The notes beneath the pieces were generated by a model. It saw nothing but the letters and a program-made list of their open reading frames with translations, was not told the origin of the DNA and searched no databases. From the sequence record PV245934.1: a stretch of DNA of 64,000 nt; one strand, given 5' to 3'. This DNA comes from Escherichia phage sutha. How positions within the stretch are numbered: position 1 is the stretch's first letter; each line of letters begins with the position of its first letter. A program made the position numbers and the translations under genes. This document shows, one piece after another, positions 1 to 14,030 of this stretch.

Positions 1-393
1 TTCCTTCGTATCAGTTTGAGCATAGATATAAAACATACAACCAGTAATACCTACTACTTTCCACTTAATTTCTTTATCAGTTTTAATTTCAAATTTACTG
101 ATAGAGTCATCTTTTTGAACTTCTTCGAAAAAAGAATATTCTAACATATAAGCAATTGAAAATAACGGGCTAACTTTATAAGATTCGCCCATTACATCAA
201 CAGCTTTATACCAGCAATCGTCAATTTCGCGTTTAATGCTAATAACATTTTTCGCAGGATCTATTTTTACTTTAAATGAATTTTCCCCAATAAACTGAGC
301 AATTCGTTTATTAGCCCCGCAAGTTTCATTAAAAATATCTTTATATCCAGCTTTAAAGCGATAAACCTTATCTTCTTCAAACCATTTGCTCAT
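1..393 (-). CDS. hypothetical protein, partial (start codon at 391-393, 3' end beyond window start)
   Basis: Open minus-strand frame from ATG at 393 running off the window; early-promoter-like element just upstream. Confidence 0.4.
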   Translation of the reverse strand, partial: MSKWFEEDKVYRFKAGYKDIFNETCGANKRIAQFIGENSFKVKIDPAKNVISIKREIDDCWYKAVDVMGESYKVSPLFSIAYMLEYSFFEEVQKDDSISKFEIKTDKEIKWKVVGITGCMFYIYAQTDTKE

Positions 394-419
394 TTCAATT
401 TCCTCATTTGTTTTGGTAG

Positions 420-453
420 AGCTATAATATCACAACTCTACCGTAAAGTAAAC
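420..453 (-). promoter_or_regulatory. T4 early-type promoter (GTTTAC -35, extended -10)
   Basis: rc strand GTTTAC at 448-453 followed ~17 nt later by TGtgATATTAT. Confidence 0.45.
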
Positions 454-455
454 TG

Positions 456-737
456 TTAAATTGCCTTGAATTCTGATGTCTGTGATTCAAAACGAATATC
501 GCCTTTGATGACTAGCTCAGCATCAAGACCGAATACGACAATGATATGCGCAGAACCTGGATACAGCGTAATGGCAATAGAATCCACCTGGTCTGGAAGC
601 AAAGTATTCAATACATGAGTCACTTGAGCATGAATTCGAAGCTCAGCTGCATTATCAAACTTTTCAAACATATTATTAGCGATAATTTGGCTAAACACTA
701 CTTCTACGATTTTAGAATAAGTCGGAAACATATTCAC
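456..737 (-). CDS. hypothetical protein (93 aa)
   Basis: ORF track; packed in minus-strand early block upstream of pseT. Confidence 0.4.
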   Translation of the reverse strand: MNMFPTYSKIVEVVFSQIIANNMFEKFDNAAELRIHAQVTHVLNTLLPDQVDSIAITLYPGSAHIIVVFGLDAELVIKGDIRFESQTSEFKAI

Positions 738-926
738 CTCACATAATTTTCTTCAAGCCAATTAATAACATCCAACGCATTATCAAAAGTTGAACCATCT
801 ACTTTGTCTTCTGTTTCATAATCAAGAACATCTAAGCCTACTCTTCCATCAACAATAGGCCATAAACAAAATAGATATTTCTTTTCTTTTTCAATTTTAT
901 CACAAAGTCGATAAATCTTTTCTATG

Positions 927-934
<8 letters not shown>
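734..934 (-). CDS. hypothetical protein (66 aa)
   Basis: ORF track; 4-nt overlap with neighbours typical of T4 early operons. Confidence 0.4.
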
Positions 935-2349
<1,415 letters not shown>

Positions 2350-2352
2350 TTA

Positions 2353-2583
2353 TTATTTCTCAACCAATGATTGAATATAATCATGCAAGTCTTTAGATGC
2401 TTTACCCCACTTATTTTGGTATTCATTTTTAAGATTAGCCCGAGATTGAGCTAATAAAACATCATTAGTTGGAGGTAAAGATTCTAACCGTTGAATCTGG
2501 CGTCCATAAATCATTGCAGCCATCTCGGATTCATAAATCAATCCTTTGAGATGTTCAAATTGATGCCATGAAATCATTTGCAT
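2353..2583 (-). CDS. hypothetical protein (76 aa)
   Basis: ORF track. Confidence 0.4.
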   Translation of the reverse strand: MQMISWHQFEHLKGLIYESEMAAMIYGRQIQRLESLPPTNDVLLAQSRANLKNEYQNKWGKASKDLHDYIQSLVEK

Positions 2584-2873
2584 TTATCCTCTTTTAACTC
2601 TTGACGATAATAACATATCATAGTTTTCTGATCATGTACATATCGTTTTACATCATTAAGCCAAATGCGAAATTCCTGGGAATCTTCAAATGGCATACCG
2701 ACCCAAGCTTTACCATCAATAACTTTAACTTGCCAAGATAGTTTAGCTTCATCATATGACTTTATTTGTACAGGCCAATTAGGATGAACTGTTTCTTTCT
2801 TTACTTCTAGAGGCTTTGTCGAACAACCAACTAGAAGACCAATAGATAATATTACTGCTGATAGTTTAATCAT
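2574..2873 (-). CDS. outer-membrane lipoprotein, o-spanin candidate (T4 pseT.2 position)
   Basis: Signal peptide with lipobox LLVGC; adjacent to i-spanin-like gene; T4 spanins are pseT.3/pseT.2. Confidence 0.6.
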   Translation of the reverse strand: MIKLSAVILSIGLLVGCSTKPLEVKKETVHPNWPVQIKSYDEAKLSWQVKVIDGKAWVGMPFEDSQEFRIWLNDVKRYVHDQKTMICYYRQELKEDKCK

Positions 2874-3223
2874 TTAGAAAGGTCCTGGATGTCTTCTGCG
2901 AACTTGTTGAAGGAGTTGTTGATTTGTTTTTCAACCAATCCTGGCTTATGAGCCACCACATCCGCCTTCTTTGCGTCTTTGCGCAGTTTTTCATTTTCAC
3001 GCTCAATAGCAGCAATTGCCTCACGATTTTTATTATTCATCGCATCAATATAATTATACTGAATTCGCAAATTATTTAATGCTAAAGCGTTTTCATTGGC
3101 CGTTTTTGTAATTTCTACAACAGACGTTTCTAATCTTTCAATTTTATTTTTTAAAATTAAAGAAGTTCCGCCCAATGCAATTACAATTAATAGCAAGCCT
3201 GCTGTCGTATTACTTAATTGCAT
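2870..3223 (-). CDS. i-spanin candidate (T4 pseT.3 position): N-terminal TM helix plus coiled-coil
   Basis: Hydrophobic N-terminus LLLIVIALGG followed by charged helical region; 4-nt overlap with lipoprotein gene. Confidence 0.6.
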   Translation of the reverse strand: MQLSNTTAGLLLIVIALGGTSLILKNKIERLETSVVEITKTANENALALNNLRIQYNYIDAMNNKNREAIAAIERENEKLRKDAKKADVVAHKPGLVEKQINNSFNKFAEDIQDLSK

Positions 3224-3720
3224 AAAGTTTTAATAACCTCTATAATATCGTCTTGAGAAAGACCGTTAATTAAAATATGATGTTCAGCCGGAGATTTAGA
3301 AATTTTAAAGCATGCCTCAACATCTTCTGCCATATCTGATGCGCTACGATTTGGATTACTAATTCCAAGACGATGTTTTCCCGTCAAAGGATTAACGATG
3401 ATATAGCATTTACAGTTGTTAATATGAACATTAGGTTGAGTCTGATTAATGAACACATCACAATCATATTTCGCAAGCTGATTTTCTAAAAAGACTTTCA
3501 TCTCCTCAACTGCATCAGGAAGCATATCACGGGCTTGCTCAAGACGACGATTTCGATATTCTTTAATGGTCGTTTTCCGCTTGACTTGCTTAGCTAAATC
3601 TTTCTTAAGATCGGTGATATATCCAACTCGACGATTTCCTTTAAATACAGAAATCCCATCTGTAGTATCACCGTATGCTTCAACGACCATTTCAGTAGTA
3701 ATAAGCTGTAAATCCATCAT
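3214..3720 (-). CDS. alc: Alc-like protein (167-168 aa) by position and size
   Basis: Lies between spanin pair and rnlA as in T4; length matches T4 Alc; sequence identity not verified from memory. Confidence 0.5.
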   Translation of the reverse strand: MMDLQLITTEMVVEAYGDTTDGISVFKGNRRVGYITDLKKDLAKQVKRKTTIKEYRNRRLEQARDMLPDAVEEMKVFLENQLAKYDCDVFINQTQPNVHINNCKCYIIVNPLTGKHRLGISNPNRSASDMAEDVEACFKISKSPAEHHILINGLSQDDIIEVIKTLCN

Positions 3721-3781
3721 AAAGTCCTCATGTTATGTCAGTAAGACTACTGTAACACAACACGAGGGACTTGTAAACAGC

Positions 3782-5369
<1,588 letters not shown>

Positions 5370-5396
5370 AATAAAATGGGCCTTGCGGCCCACTCC

Positions 5397-6566
5397 TTAA
5401 AAATATTTTTTAAAACTCATCATAACTTTATCATCAACATCATTATCAATCTGTGCTACAAGGTAAGATGACAGTTCTACTTCTTGTGGCGCGGATTGAA
5501 CATTATCAGAATTAAGATATTCACGAATCCAAGGATACGGATGTTTAACCGGAGCATCAGTAATTGGGCATGGAAGACCACACTGTTTCATACGAGATAC
5601 AGTTAAGTAATCAATAAAGCTCCACATGCTATTTGTATTTAATCCAGGAACATCGCCATCTTTAAATAAATGAACTGCCCAGTCTTTTTCTTGACGGTTA
5701 ACTTCCATGAAAATATCAACTGCTTCTTGTTCACACTCTTGGGCGATTTTAACCCATTCATCACCATCAGTGCCAAGTTGAAGTTGACGAATAATATATT
5801 GGGTGCCTTTAAGGTGAAGCTGCTCATCACGTGCAATGAACTTCATAATCTTGGCATTACCTTCCATAATTTCCATGTTCTTATGGAAGTTAAAGGTACA
5901 TGCGAAAGATACATAAAAACGAATAGCTTCCAATGCGTTGATTACATGAAGGCAAAGATAAAGAGATTTCATTAGTGCCCGTTTAGTATATTCAACAACT
6001 TTGCCTAGCTCTTCTTTACGAAATCCTTCTGATAAAATTCCTTCATAATCTTCAACCGCATTCTGATATTCACGAGTCTTAACTAGAACATCATCATAAT
6101 AGCGACCAATAGATTCAGCACGTTTCATGATAGCTTTATCTAATACAATCTCATCAAATACCTTTGATGGATCAGTATAAAGATTTCGCATAATATGAGT
6201 ATATGAACGGCTGTGAATAGTTTCGCTAAAAGTCCATGTAGCAACCCATGTATCAAGACTTGGGTCTGAAATTAACGACATAAGTACAGCAGACGGCGCA
6301 CGACCCTGAATGCTATCCAAAAGTGATTGATACTTCAGGTTATTAGTAAAAATATCTTGCTGATATTGAGGAAGCTTGTTAAATTGTGCAGCATCCATCA
6401 TTAAGTTTACTTCTTCAGGACGCCAGAAAAATGATAACTGCTTTTCGGTTAAATCTTCAAAAACTTTATGGCGTTGAATATCATAACGCGCAATACCAAG
6501 ACCTGAACCGAAGAACATAGGTTCTTTTAAAACATCAACTGGATTTGTATTAAAAACTGTGCTCAT
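5397..6566 (-). CDS. nrdB: ribonucleotide reductase small subunit, uninterrupted
   Basis: 389-aa contiguous ORF with di-iron radical protein features; no intron. Confidence 0.9.
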   Translation of the reverse strand: MSTVFNTNPVDVLKEPMFFGSGLGIARYDIQRHKVFEDLTEKQLSFFWRPEEVNLMMDAAQFNKLPQYQQDIFTNNLKYQSLLDSIQGRAPSAVLMSLISDPSLDTWVATWTFSETIHSRSYTHIMRNLYTDPSKVFDEIVLDKAIMKRAESIGRYYDDVLVKTREYQNAVEDYEGILSEGFRKEELGKVVEYTKRALMKSLYLCLHVINALEAIRFYVSFACTFNFHKNMEIMEGNAKIMKFIARDEQLHLKGTQYIIRQLQLGTDGDEWVKIAQECEQEAVDIFMEVNRQEKDWAVHLFKDGDVPGLNTNSMWSFIDYLTVSRMKQCGLPCPITDAPVKHPYPWIREYLNSDNVQSAPQEVELSSYLVAQIDNDVDDKVMMSFKKYF

Positions 6567-6617
6567 AAATTTTCCGCTTAGTTAATAGATAGTGACTCGT
6601 CCGTGAGTCAAATTATA

Positions 6618-8882
6618 TCATAATTTACAGGATGAACAATCTTCAGCTTTTGGAGTTTCTATTTCATAATCATCAGTACCAGAACCATCGCGGGTATTAT
6701 GATAATAGAAATTTTTTCCGCCAAAATACCAAAAATACAAAAGGTCATCAATCATTATTGACATTGGAACCTTTCCTTTTGGAAAAATCTGCGGGTCATA
6801 ATATGTATTTGCTGAAGCTGATTGACATACCCATTTAAGCATAATAGCTACCTGCGTAAGATAAGGTTTATTACCTTTCTTAGCTAATTTCCACGTATAA
6901 TCATAGAGGTCTATGTTATGCTCAATATTGGGCACGACTTGATTAAAGGAACCCTCTTTTGATTCTTTAACAGAGACTGGTCCACGTGGAGGCTCGATAC
7001 CGTTTGTACTGTTAGAAACTTGGGAAGATGACTCACATGGCATAAGTGCTGATAATGTGCTATTACGGATGCCAAAGAGCTTAAGGTCTTCCCGCAGCGA
7101 CGACCAGTCACAAACGTATTTTGGAGCTGCGATTTGGTCAATCTTTTTATTGTACCAGTCGATAGGTAATTCGCCTCGAGACCAACGAGTGTCTGAATAA
7201 TATTCGCAAGGTCCTTTTTCTTTGGCGAGCTTAATGGATGCTTTAATGAGTCCATACTGCAATCTCTCAAATAGTTCATGTGTTAAATCGTTAGCATCTT
7301 CATAAGAAGCAAAGTTACTTGCCAGCCAAGCTGCATAGTTAGTAACACCTACGCCAAGGTTTCGACGCTTTTTAGCTTTTTCTGCTTCAGGAACTGGATA
7401 TCCTTGGTAATCCAAAAGATTATCAAGAGCGCGAACTTGAACTTCTGCTAATTCATTAATTTTATCTTGGTCTTGCCAATCGAAGTTATCCAACACGAAT
7501 GCAGATAACGTACACAATCCAATTTCAGCATCAGGACTATTCACATCATTTGTTGGAATAGCAATTTCACAGCACAAGTTACTCTGACGAATAGGTGCCT
7601 TTTCACGAATAAATGGAGTATAGTTATTCGTATTATCAATGAACTGCACATAAATCCTTGCTGTTCCTGAGCGTTCAGTCATTAGCAATTCAAACAGTTC
7701 ACGTGCTTTAATACGCTTTTTACGAATATTAGGGTCTTTTTCTGCGGCTTCATATAATTCACGGAAACGGTCTTGGTCTTTAAAATAAGAATAATAAAGC
7801 TCGCCACTCATTTCATGCGGACTGAACAAAGTAATGTAGTCGTTCTTTCCAAAACGTTCCATCATCAAATCATTCAGCTGAACGCCATAATCCATATGAC
7901 GGATACGGTTTTCTTCTACGCCTTTGTTATTTTTCAAAACGAGAAGATTTTCAACTTCCAAATGCCAAATAGGATAATAAGCAGTAGCAGCGCCGCCACG
8001 AATTCCACCCTGTGAGCATGATTTAACAGCAGTCTGAAAATGTTTCCAAAAAGGAATAACACCAGTATGGCGTACTTCACCTGTACCAATCTTAGAACCT
8101 TCGGCACGAATCATACCAACGTTAATACCAATTCCAGCGCGTTTGGAGATATATTCAACAATTGAAGCGGAAACCTTATTGATAGACTTCAGCGAATCAC
8201 CTGCCTCAATAACAACACATGAACTAAACTGTCGAGTCGGAGTACGACAACCAGCCATAATAGGAGTTGGTAATGAAATTTGTCGAGTAGATACTGCTTC
8301 ATAAAAACGAATAACATGTTTTAATCTATCAACAGGTTCATCTTGATGTAATGCCATTCCAATAGTCATAAATGCAAACTGTGGAGTTTCATAAATTTGA
8401 CCAGTGGTTTTATCTTTAACGAGATATTTTTCTTTTAATTGCATCGCCCCGGAATAAGTAAATTCCATATCCCGCTCGTGCTTAATTTTTGATTCTAAAA
8501 ATGTAATTTCTTCTGCTGAATATTTTGACAGCAGTTCAGGGTCATATTTACCTTCATTTACACAGTAAGAAATATGGTCAATAAATGAACGTGGTTCATA
8601 TTGCCCATAAACATGCTTACGAAGAGCAAACATTAAACAGCGAGCGGCTACATATTGATAATCAGGCTCTTCAACTGAAATAGAATTCGCAGCAGCCTTA
8701 ATTACAATGGTTTGAATGTCATCAGTGGTCATTCCATCACGGAGATATGATTTAATATTTTCATATAATTCATAAGGATCTACAGATGTTCCTTCGGCTG
8801 CCCAAGATAAAACTTTAATAATTTTTTGTGGATCAAAGCTCTGAGAAACACCACTACTTTTGATAACATTAATTAATTGCAT
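6618..8882 (-). CDS. nrdA: ribonucleotide reductase large subunit
   Basis: MQLINVIKSSGVSQSFDPQKI... 754 aa from internal Met as in T4; ORF track extends 32 codons upstream. Confidence 0.9.
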   Translation of the reverse strand: MQLINVIKSSGVSQSFDPQKIIKVLSWAAEGTSVDPYELYENIKSYLRDGMTTDDIQTIVIKAAANSISVEEPDYQYVAARCLMFALRKHVYGQYEPRSFIDHISYCVNEGKYDPELLSKYSAEEITFLESKIKHERDMEFTYSGAMQLKEKYLVKDKTTGQIYETPQFAFMTIGMALHQDEPVDRLKHVIRFYEAVSTRQISLPTPIMAGCRTPTRQFSSCVVIEAGDSLKSINKVSASIVEYISKRAGIGINVGMIRAEGSKIGTGEVRHTGVIPFWKHFQTAVKSCSQGGIRGGAATAYYPIWHLEVENLLVLKNNKGVEENRIRHMDYGVQLNDLMMERFGKNDYITLFSPHEMSGELYYSYFKDQDRFRELYEAAEKDPNIRKKRIKARELFELLMTERSGTARIYVQFIDNTNNYTPFIREKAPIRQSNLCCEIAIPTNDVNSPDAEIGLCTLSAFVLDNFDWQDQDKINELAEVQVRALDNLLDYQGYPVPEAEKAKKRRNLGVGVTNYAAWLASNFASYEDANDLTHELFERLQYGLIKASIKLAKEKGPCEYYSDTRWSRGELPIDWYNKKIDQIAAPKYVCDWSSLREDLKLFGIRNSTLSALMPCESSSQVSNSTNGIEPPRGPVSVKESKEGSFNQVVPNIEHNIDLYDYTWKLAKKGNKPYLTQVAIMLKWVCQSASANTYYDPQIFPKGKVPMSIMIDDLLYFWYFGGKNFYYHNTRDGSGTDDYEIETPKAEDCSSCKL

Positions 8883-8907
8883 AAGTCCTCTGTAGTAAGT
8901 TACTCCA

Positions 8908-8915
8908 TATAAATA
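8908..8915 (+). promoter_or_regulatory. T4 late promoter box TATAAATA
   Basis: TATAAATA about 22 nt upstream of the plus-strand GIY-YIG ORF, followed by GGAG Shine-Dalgarno. Confidence 0.5.
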
Positions 8916-8937
8916 TAATTTTATATAGGAGAATATA

Positions 8938-9669
8938 ATGAAATCTGGAATATATGCTATTATAAACACTAAAACCAATAAGCACTATATAGGAAGTGCA
9001 ATTAATTTTGAAGAACGATGGAAACGACACTTCAAAGATTTAGATAATGGAAATCATCATTCAATAAAGCTGCAACGTTCTTATAATAAGCATGGGAAAG
9101 ATGCTTTCGTATGTAAAATCATAGAAGAACTTCCATACGAAAAATCTATCATTATTGAACGTGAAAATTATTGGATACATGAATATGACTCAAAGGAAAA
9201 TGGGTATAATATAGCAGACGCATCGTTTGGGGATACCTTATCTCATCACCCAAGAAAGCAAGAAATCCTTAATAAAATTTCAAATGCAATTAAAAATAAT
9301 AATTCAAAATTATCACCAGAAGAACTTAAGCAAAAACATGGTAGACCTAAAGATATTAAAGGTAAAACTATAGAAGAACACTATGGGTTAGATCGTGCTA
9401 TAGAAATAAGCAAAAAGTTCCAAGAAAGAAACGCTGCACTTAATATGAAAGGCATCAATAATCCATATTATGGACAGACACATACCAATGAAGTTAGAAA
9501 ACGAATTTCTGACTCACAAAGAGGTAAAAAGAAACCCCATCTAAGAGTAAGTATAGATGGGGTAGAATATCCAACAATAGCAGAAGCTGTGCGTCAAACC
9601 GGAATAAGCAGAAAACTTATATCTAAAAGATGTGCTCTAGATTGTTGGGAATCATATTTATACTGCTAA
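8938..9669 (+). CDS. free-standing GIY-YIG homing endonuclease (I-TevI-like catalytic domain)
   Basis: N-terminus [35 protein letters not shown]...[12 protein letters not shown] closely parallels I-TevI; opposite strand to flanking nrdA and td. Confidence 0.75.
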   Translation: MKSGIYAIINTKTNKHYIGSAINFEERWKRHFKDLDNGNHHSIKLQRSYNKHGKDAFVCKIIEELPYEKSIIIERENYWIHEYDSKENGYNIADASFGDTLSHHPRKQEILNKISNAIKNNNSKLSPEELKQKHGRPKDIKGKTIEEHYGLDRAIEISKKFQERNAALNMKGINNPYYGQTHTNEVRKRISDSQRGKKKPHLRVSIDGVEYPTIAEAVRQTGISRKLISKRCALDCWESYLYC

Positions 9670-9903
9670 AGTTCTACATTCGTCATATTGTTTTTCCGTT
9701 AAAACAGTAATATCATAATAACAATCTGAAGAAGTTTTAACTGTAGAAATTTTATTATCAAAATACTCACGAGTCATTTTATGAGTATAATATTTTTTGC
9801 CATAAATGACAATAGGCTGTTCTGGTCCTGGAACTTCTAACTCGCTTGGATTAGGAAGTGTAAAAAGAACTACACCAGAAGTATCTTTAAATCGTAAAAT
9901 CAT
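9658..9903 (-). CDS. hypothetical protein (81 aa)
   Basis: ORF track; between the endonuclease and td. Confidence 0.4.
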   Translation of the reverse strand: MILRFKDTSGVVLFTLPNPSELEVPGPEQPIVIYGKKYYTHKMTREYFDNKISTVKTSSDCYYDITVLTEKQYDECRTLAV

Positions 9904-9926
9904 ATATCCTCACAATTAATAATTAA

Positions 9927-11815
9927 TTACACCGCCATTTTTCCTTTAATAGAAGGGTGTGATTCGTAACCTTTAAGAACGAAATCTTTAGGCCTGAGTT
10001 TAAGAATGTATTCCAATTGTTCTTTAGTAGAAAGATAGCGGAATTTATAAGGCAATCCGCCTATTACCAGTTCACAAAGCTCTTTAGGTTCACGACGCAA
10101 AATTTCTTTACATTGTTCTACGTGATTCATATAGATATGAGTATTACCGCCAGAAAATATCAAATCTCCTGGAATAAGATTACACATCTTAGCTACAATA
10201 TGAACTAACGCAGCATATGATGCAATGTTGAACGGTAGCATTATGTTCAGATAAGGTCGTTAATCTTATCCCGGAATTATATCCAGCTGCATGTCACCAT
10301 GCAGAGCAGACTATATCTCCAACTTGTTAAAGCAAGTTGTCTATCGTTTCGAGTCACTTGACCCTACTCCCTAAAGGGATAGTCGTTAGGCATTTATGTA
10401 GAACCAATTCCACTTATCAGATTTTACACGGTAAGTAACTAATCCTGATGAAATTTCAAAATGTCTAGCCGCATCGGCTGCACATTCAAAAATAATCCCA
10501 TCGCATGAAATCTTTTTGATGTTAGCTGGCTTTTTGCCTTTCATCTTTTCAGATAGTTTAGTTTTAGTTTTTTCTGAATGTTTGTGATTAAAGAACGGGT
10601 TATTTTCACCTGAACGTTTTCGGCACTTTCCACAAGTATCGGCCGAAGATGGTATGCGAACACCGCATTTACAAAACTTGTGGTTTTCTGGATTCCATCG
10701 GCCATTTTTACTTCCGTGTTTACCATAAAGAGCTTTCCGACCATCAGGACCAAGCTTAAGCATCTTAGCTTTAACAGTTTCAGCTCGTTTCTTAGCAATT
10801 TCTTCTTTTAATGGATGATTTGAAAGCACATCGCCAAAAGACGCATCAGCAATATTATATCCATTAATTTTAGAATTTAGCTCTTTAATCCAAAAATTTT
10901 CTCGTTCAATAATCAAATCTTTCTCATATGGAATTTCTTCCAGTACAGAGCATTCAAAAACATTACCATGTTTATTAAAAGACCTTTGAAATTTTATAGA
11001 AGAGTGAACACCGTTTTCAAGGTCTTTAAAATGTCTCTTCCATCTTTTCTCAAAATCTTTAGCACTTCCAACATACACTTTACCGTTTAAAGTGTTTTTA
11101 ATCTGATAAATTCCGCTTTTCATAAACACCTCTTTTTATATAGAAGTATTTATTAAAGGGTAGTCCTACAATTTAGCACGGGATTGTCTACTAGAGAGGT
11201 TCCCCGTTTAGATAGATTACAAGTATAAGTCACCTTATACTCAGGCCTAAATTAACCTAAGAAAACATCGACACTGCGTTGGTACCATTGTAAATCCAAA
11301 TATCCATTACGCACATTAAACTGATAAAACATATGACAAGGTGGTAATGCCATTTGCTTAAGTTCTGCCGGATTCCATGCTGAAACAATTTGACGTCTAT
11401 CATTTGGCAGTTTTTTAATACGTTCAACAACTTCTATAATTTGATCTACACCACCAAAATCGCGCCACTGTTTTCCATAAATTGGACCAAGTTCACCGCT
11501 ATGGTATCCTAAATCTTTTGCTTGATTTTCGTAATTTTCATCCCAGACTGTTTTGCCTTGAATTAATGAATCATGTTGAATTAATCGCAAATCATTGACA
11601 TTTGTGCTTCCCGATAAAAACCATATTAGCTCAGCAATACAGGCTTTCCACGCTAATTTTTTAGTTGTTACCGCAGGAAAACCTTTAGTTAAATCCCAGC
11701 GTAATTTAGTACCAAACAAAGCAATTGTTCCTGTGCCTGTTCGGTCATCGGTTTCGTAACCATTTTCCAGGATATCTTTAATTAAAAATTGGTATTGTTT
11801 CATTAGTTCATCCAA
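9927..11815 (-). CDS. td: thymidylate synthase, interrupted by group I intron (exon 1 11255-11815, exon 2 9927-10239)
   Basis: Exon 1 ends ...QRSVDVFLG, exon 2 resumes LPFNIASYA...; intron boundaries match the T4 td intron architecture. Confidence 0.85.
10240..11254 (-). mobile_element. td group I self-splicing intron (about 1015 nt) with embedded homing endonuclease ORF
   Basis: Intron 5' sequence TAATTTAGGCCTGAGTATAAGGTGAC... and 3' end ...CATTATGTTCAGATAAGG...AATG as in the T4 td intron. Confidence 0.85.
10386..11123 (-). CDS. I-TevI: intron-encoded GIY-YIG homing endonuclease I-TevI
   Basis: [36 protein letters not shown]..., 245 aa, ends ...KWNWFYINA. Confidence 0.85.
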   Translation of the reverse strand: MKSGIYQIKNTLNGKVYVGSAKDFEKRWKRHFKDLENGVHSSIKFQRSFNKHGNVFECSVLEEIPYEKDLIIERENFWIKELNSKINGYNIADASFGDVLSNHPLKEEIAKKRAETVKAKMLKLGPDGRKALYGKHGSKNGRWNPENHKFCKCGVRIPSSADTCGKCRKRSGENNPFFNHKHSEKTKTKLSEKMKGKKPANIKKISCDGIIFECAADAARHFEISSGLVTYRVKSDKWNWFYINA

Positions 11816-12005
11816 GAATATGTAGAAGGATATTTGGCAAAGTTAGGTTTATATCCTAATTTAACCATTTGTTTTGCTTTGCGAGTAAATCCTAAAGAAC
11901 GCTCACCTTTAAGATACTGTTTTGGTGTCATAGGCCCTTGATGCATCTGCCGACAAATAAAAAGGGCCATAGCATTAGGAACATCCTTAACTTTTAATTT
12001 ATTGC

Positions 12006-12835
<830 letters not shown>

Positions 12836-12845
12836 ATTATTTTCC

Positions 12846-13088
12846 TTAAACAGACTTTTTCACAATTTTCCAATCAGCTTTAAACTGTTCAACGTCAGAA
12901 TGGTAAATCCAGAATCCTGCGCTTTCTCCATCCTCATAAAGAGGGCATCCATCACATTCATCTTCCCATCCCATATCACGTAAAAGATGTTCAGCTTTTT
13001 CAACAAGTTCAGAATCTTTACCGATGATATTAAAATACCATTTACCTCTAACTTCTGAATCTTTGATGCTCTGGCGTTGTAATCTCAT
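12846..13088 (-). CDS. hypothetical protein (80 aa)
   Basis: ORF track. Confidence 0.4.
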   Translation of the reverse strand: MRLQRQSIKDSEVRGKWYFNIIGKDSELVEKAEHLLRDMGWEDECDGCPLYEDGESAGFWIYHSDVEQFKADWKIVKKSV

Positions 13089-13193
13089 TTTATTCTCCTT
13101 AGCAAGCTTTAATCAAAAGGTATAAACAAACTAACATAACTGCTGCCATAATATAAGGTGCGAACATTTTCTTTTCTCCATTAGTTTTGATAG

Positions 13194-13227
13194 GGTAATA
13201 GTATCACACTACTACCCTGCTGTAAAC
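13194..13227 (-). promoter_or_regulatory. T4 early-type promoter
   Basis: rc GTTTAC at 13222-13227 plus downstream TGATACTAT. Confidence 0.45.
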
Positions 13228-13613
13228 TACTTTTTGAAAGTTTTTCGCAAAAGTTCAATGATTTCATCTACATTGTTTTCGTCTACAATGCAGTGAATTT
13301 TTGTTACGCCAGAAACTGGATCTTCAACTCCAGCTTCATCTTCTTCAAGAGTCGGTTCTTTATACTCGCGAAAACAGTAAAATTCATCTTCACAAATTTC
13401 TGCAAGTCTATCACAAAGGTAAAAATGCTTTCCATTCGCGCATTTAATATGTTTTACCTCTTTAAATCCATCAGCAAAGAAAACTTCTTTAACTTCAAAC
13501 CATCCGCCATTTTCTTGGATAATTTTAACTATTGATGCATTGGATCGTGGGCTATGACTAATAAATGCGTCAATAAGGCTTGGAATAAGTTCATACTTTT
13601 CGCCGATATACAT
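13227..13613 (-). CDS. hypothetical protein (128 aa)
   Basis: ORF track. Confidence 0.4.
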   Translation of the reverse strand: MYIGEKYELIPSLIDAFISHSPRSNASIVKIIQENGGWFEVKEVFFADGFKEVKHIKCANGKHFYLCDRLAEICEDEFYCFREYKEPTLEEDEAGVEDPVSGVTKIHCIVDENNVDEIIELLRKTFKK

Positions 13614-13655
13614 TACGTTTTCCTCATTTTAATGTGGCTTGATGCCCCTTGATAA

Positions 13656-13949
13656 TTACTGTTCAATCAATCCCATGTAAAATTCTGCGTCTTCAGAATC
13701 CATACCATCGCAGTATTCATTAGCCATAAATCGTTCAAGAACTTCTAAAGGACCTTCAATAACAATAGAAAAATTGCAATAATTGGGATCATCATGAATA
13801 CTTGTGATACTAAGTTCAGGATAACGATTACGAATAATTTCTTCAATATATTCAAAATCAACGGTGTCAATATCAACTTTAGCCATATTATTTTCCTCTT
13901 TAATCATCAGCAGTATTGCCGATAGTTGTATAGTACCATGGAAGGACAA
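13656..13949 (-). CDS. hypothetical protein (97 aa)
   Basis: ORF track. Confidence 0.4.
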   Translation of the reverse strand: MSFHGTIQLSAILLMIKEENNMAKVDIDTVDFEYIEEIIRNRYPELSITSIHDDPNYCNFSIVIEGPLEVLERFMANEYCDGMDSEDAEFYMGLIEQ

Positions 13950-13959
13950 GGATGTAAAC
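13926..13959 (-). promoter_or_regulatory. T4 early-type promoter, member of conserved cassette family
   Basis: rc GTTTAC at 13954-13959, -10 block TGGTACTATACAACTATC shared with copies at 30.2, 33.5, 34.0 and 60.5 kb. Confidence 0.55.
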
Positions 13960-13981
13960 CGTTTTGTGAAAAAAATTTTGA

Positions 13982-14008
13982 AATAAAAAAGGGACCTCTA
14001 GGGTCCCC
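13982..14008 (-). terminator. rho-independent terminator downstream of gene 32
   Basis: rc GGGGACCCTAGAGGTCCC hairpin followed by TTTTTTATTT. Confidence 0.6.
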
Positions 14009-14030
14009 AATTAATTAGTAATATAATCTA

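Noticed and set aside
6618-8978. Upstream-extended start codons given by the ORF track (nrdA at 8978, gene 56 at 51991, rnh at 17215, I-TevI at 11129, rnlA at 4942, ndd at 32880)
   Set aside because: Internal Met codons reproduce the known T4 N-termini and lengths and have better SD spacing; the longer forms are longest-ORF artefacts.
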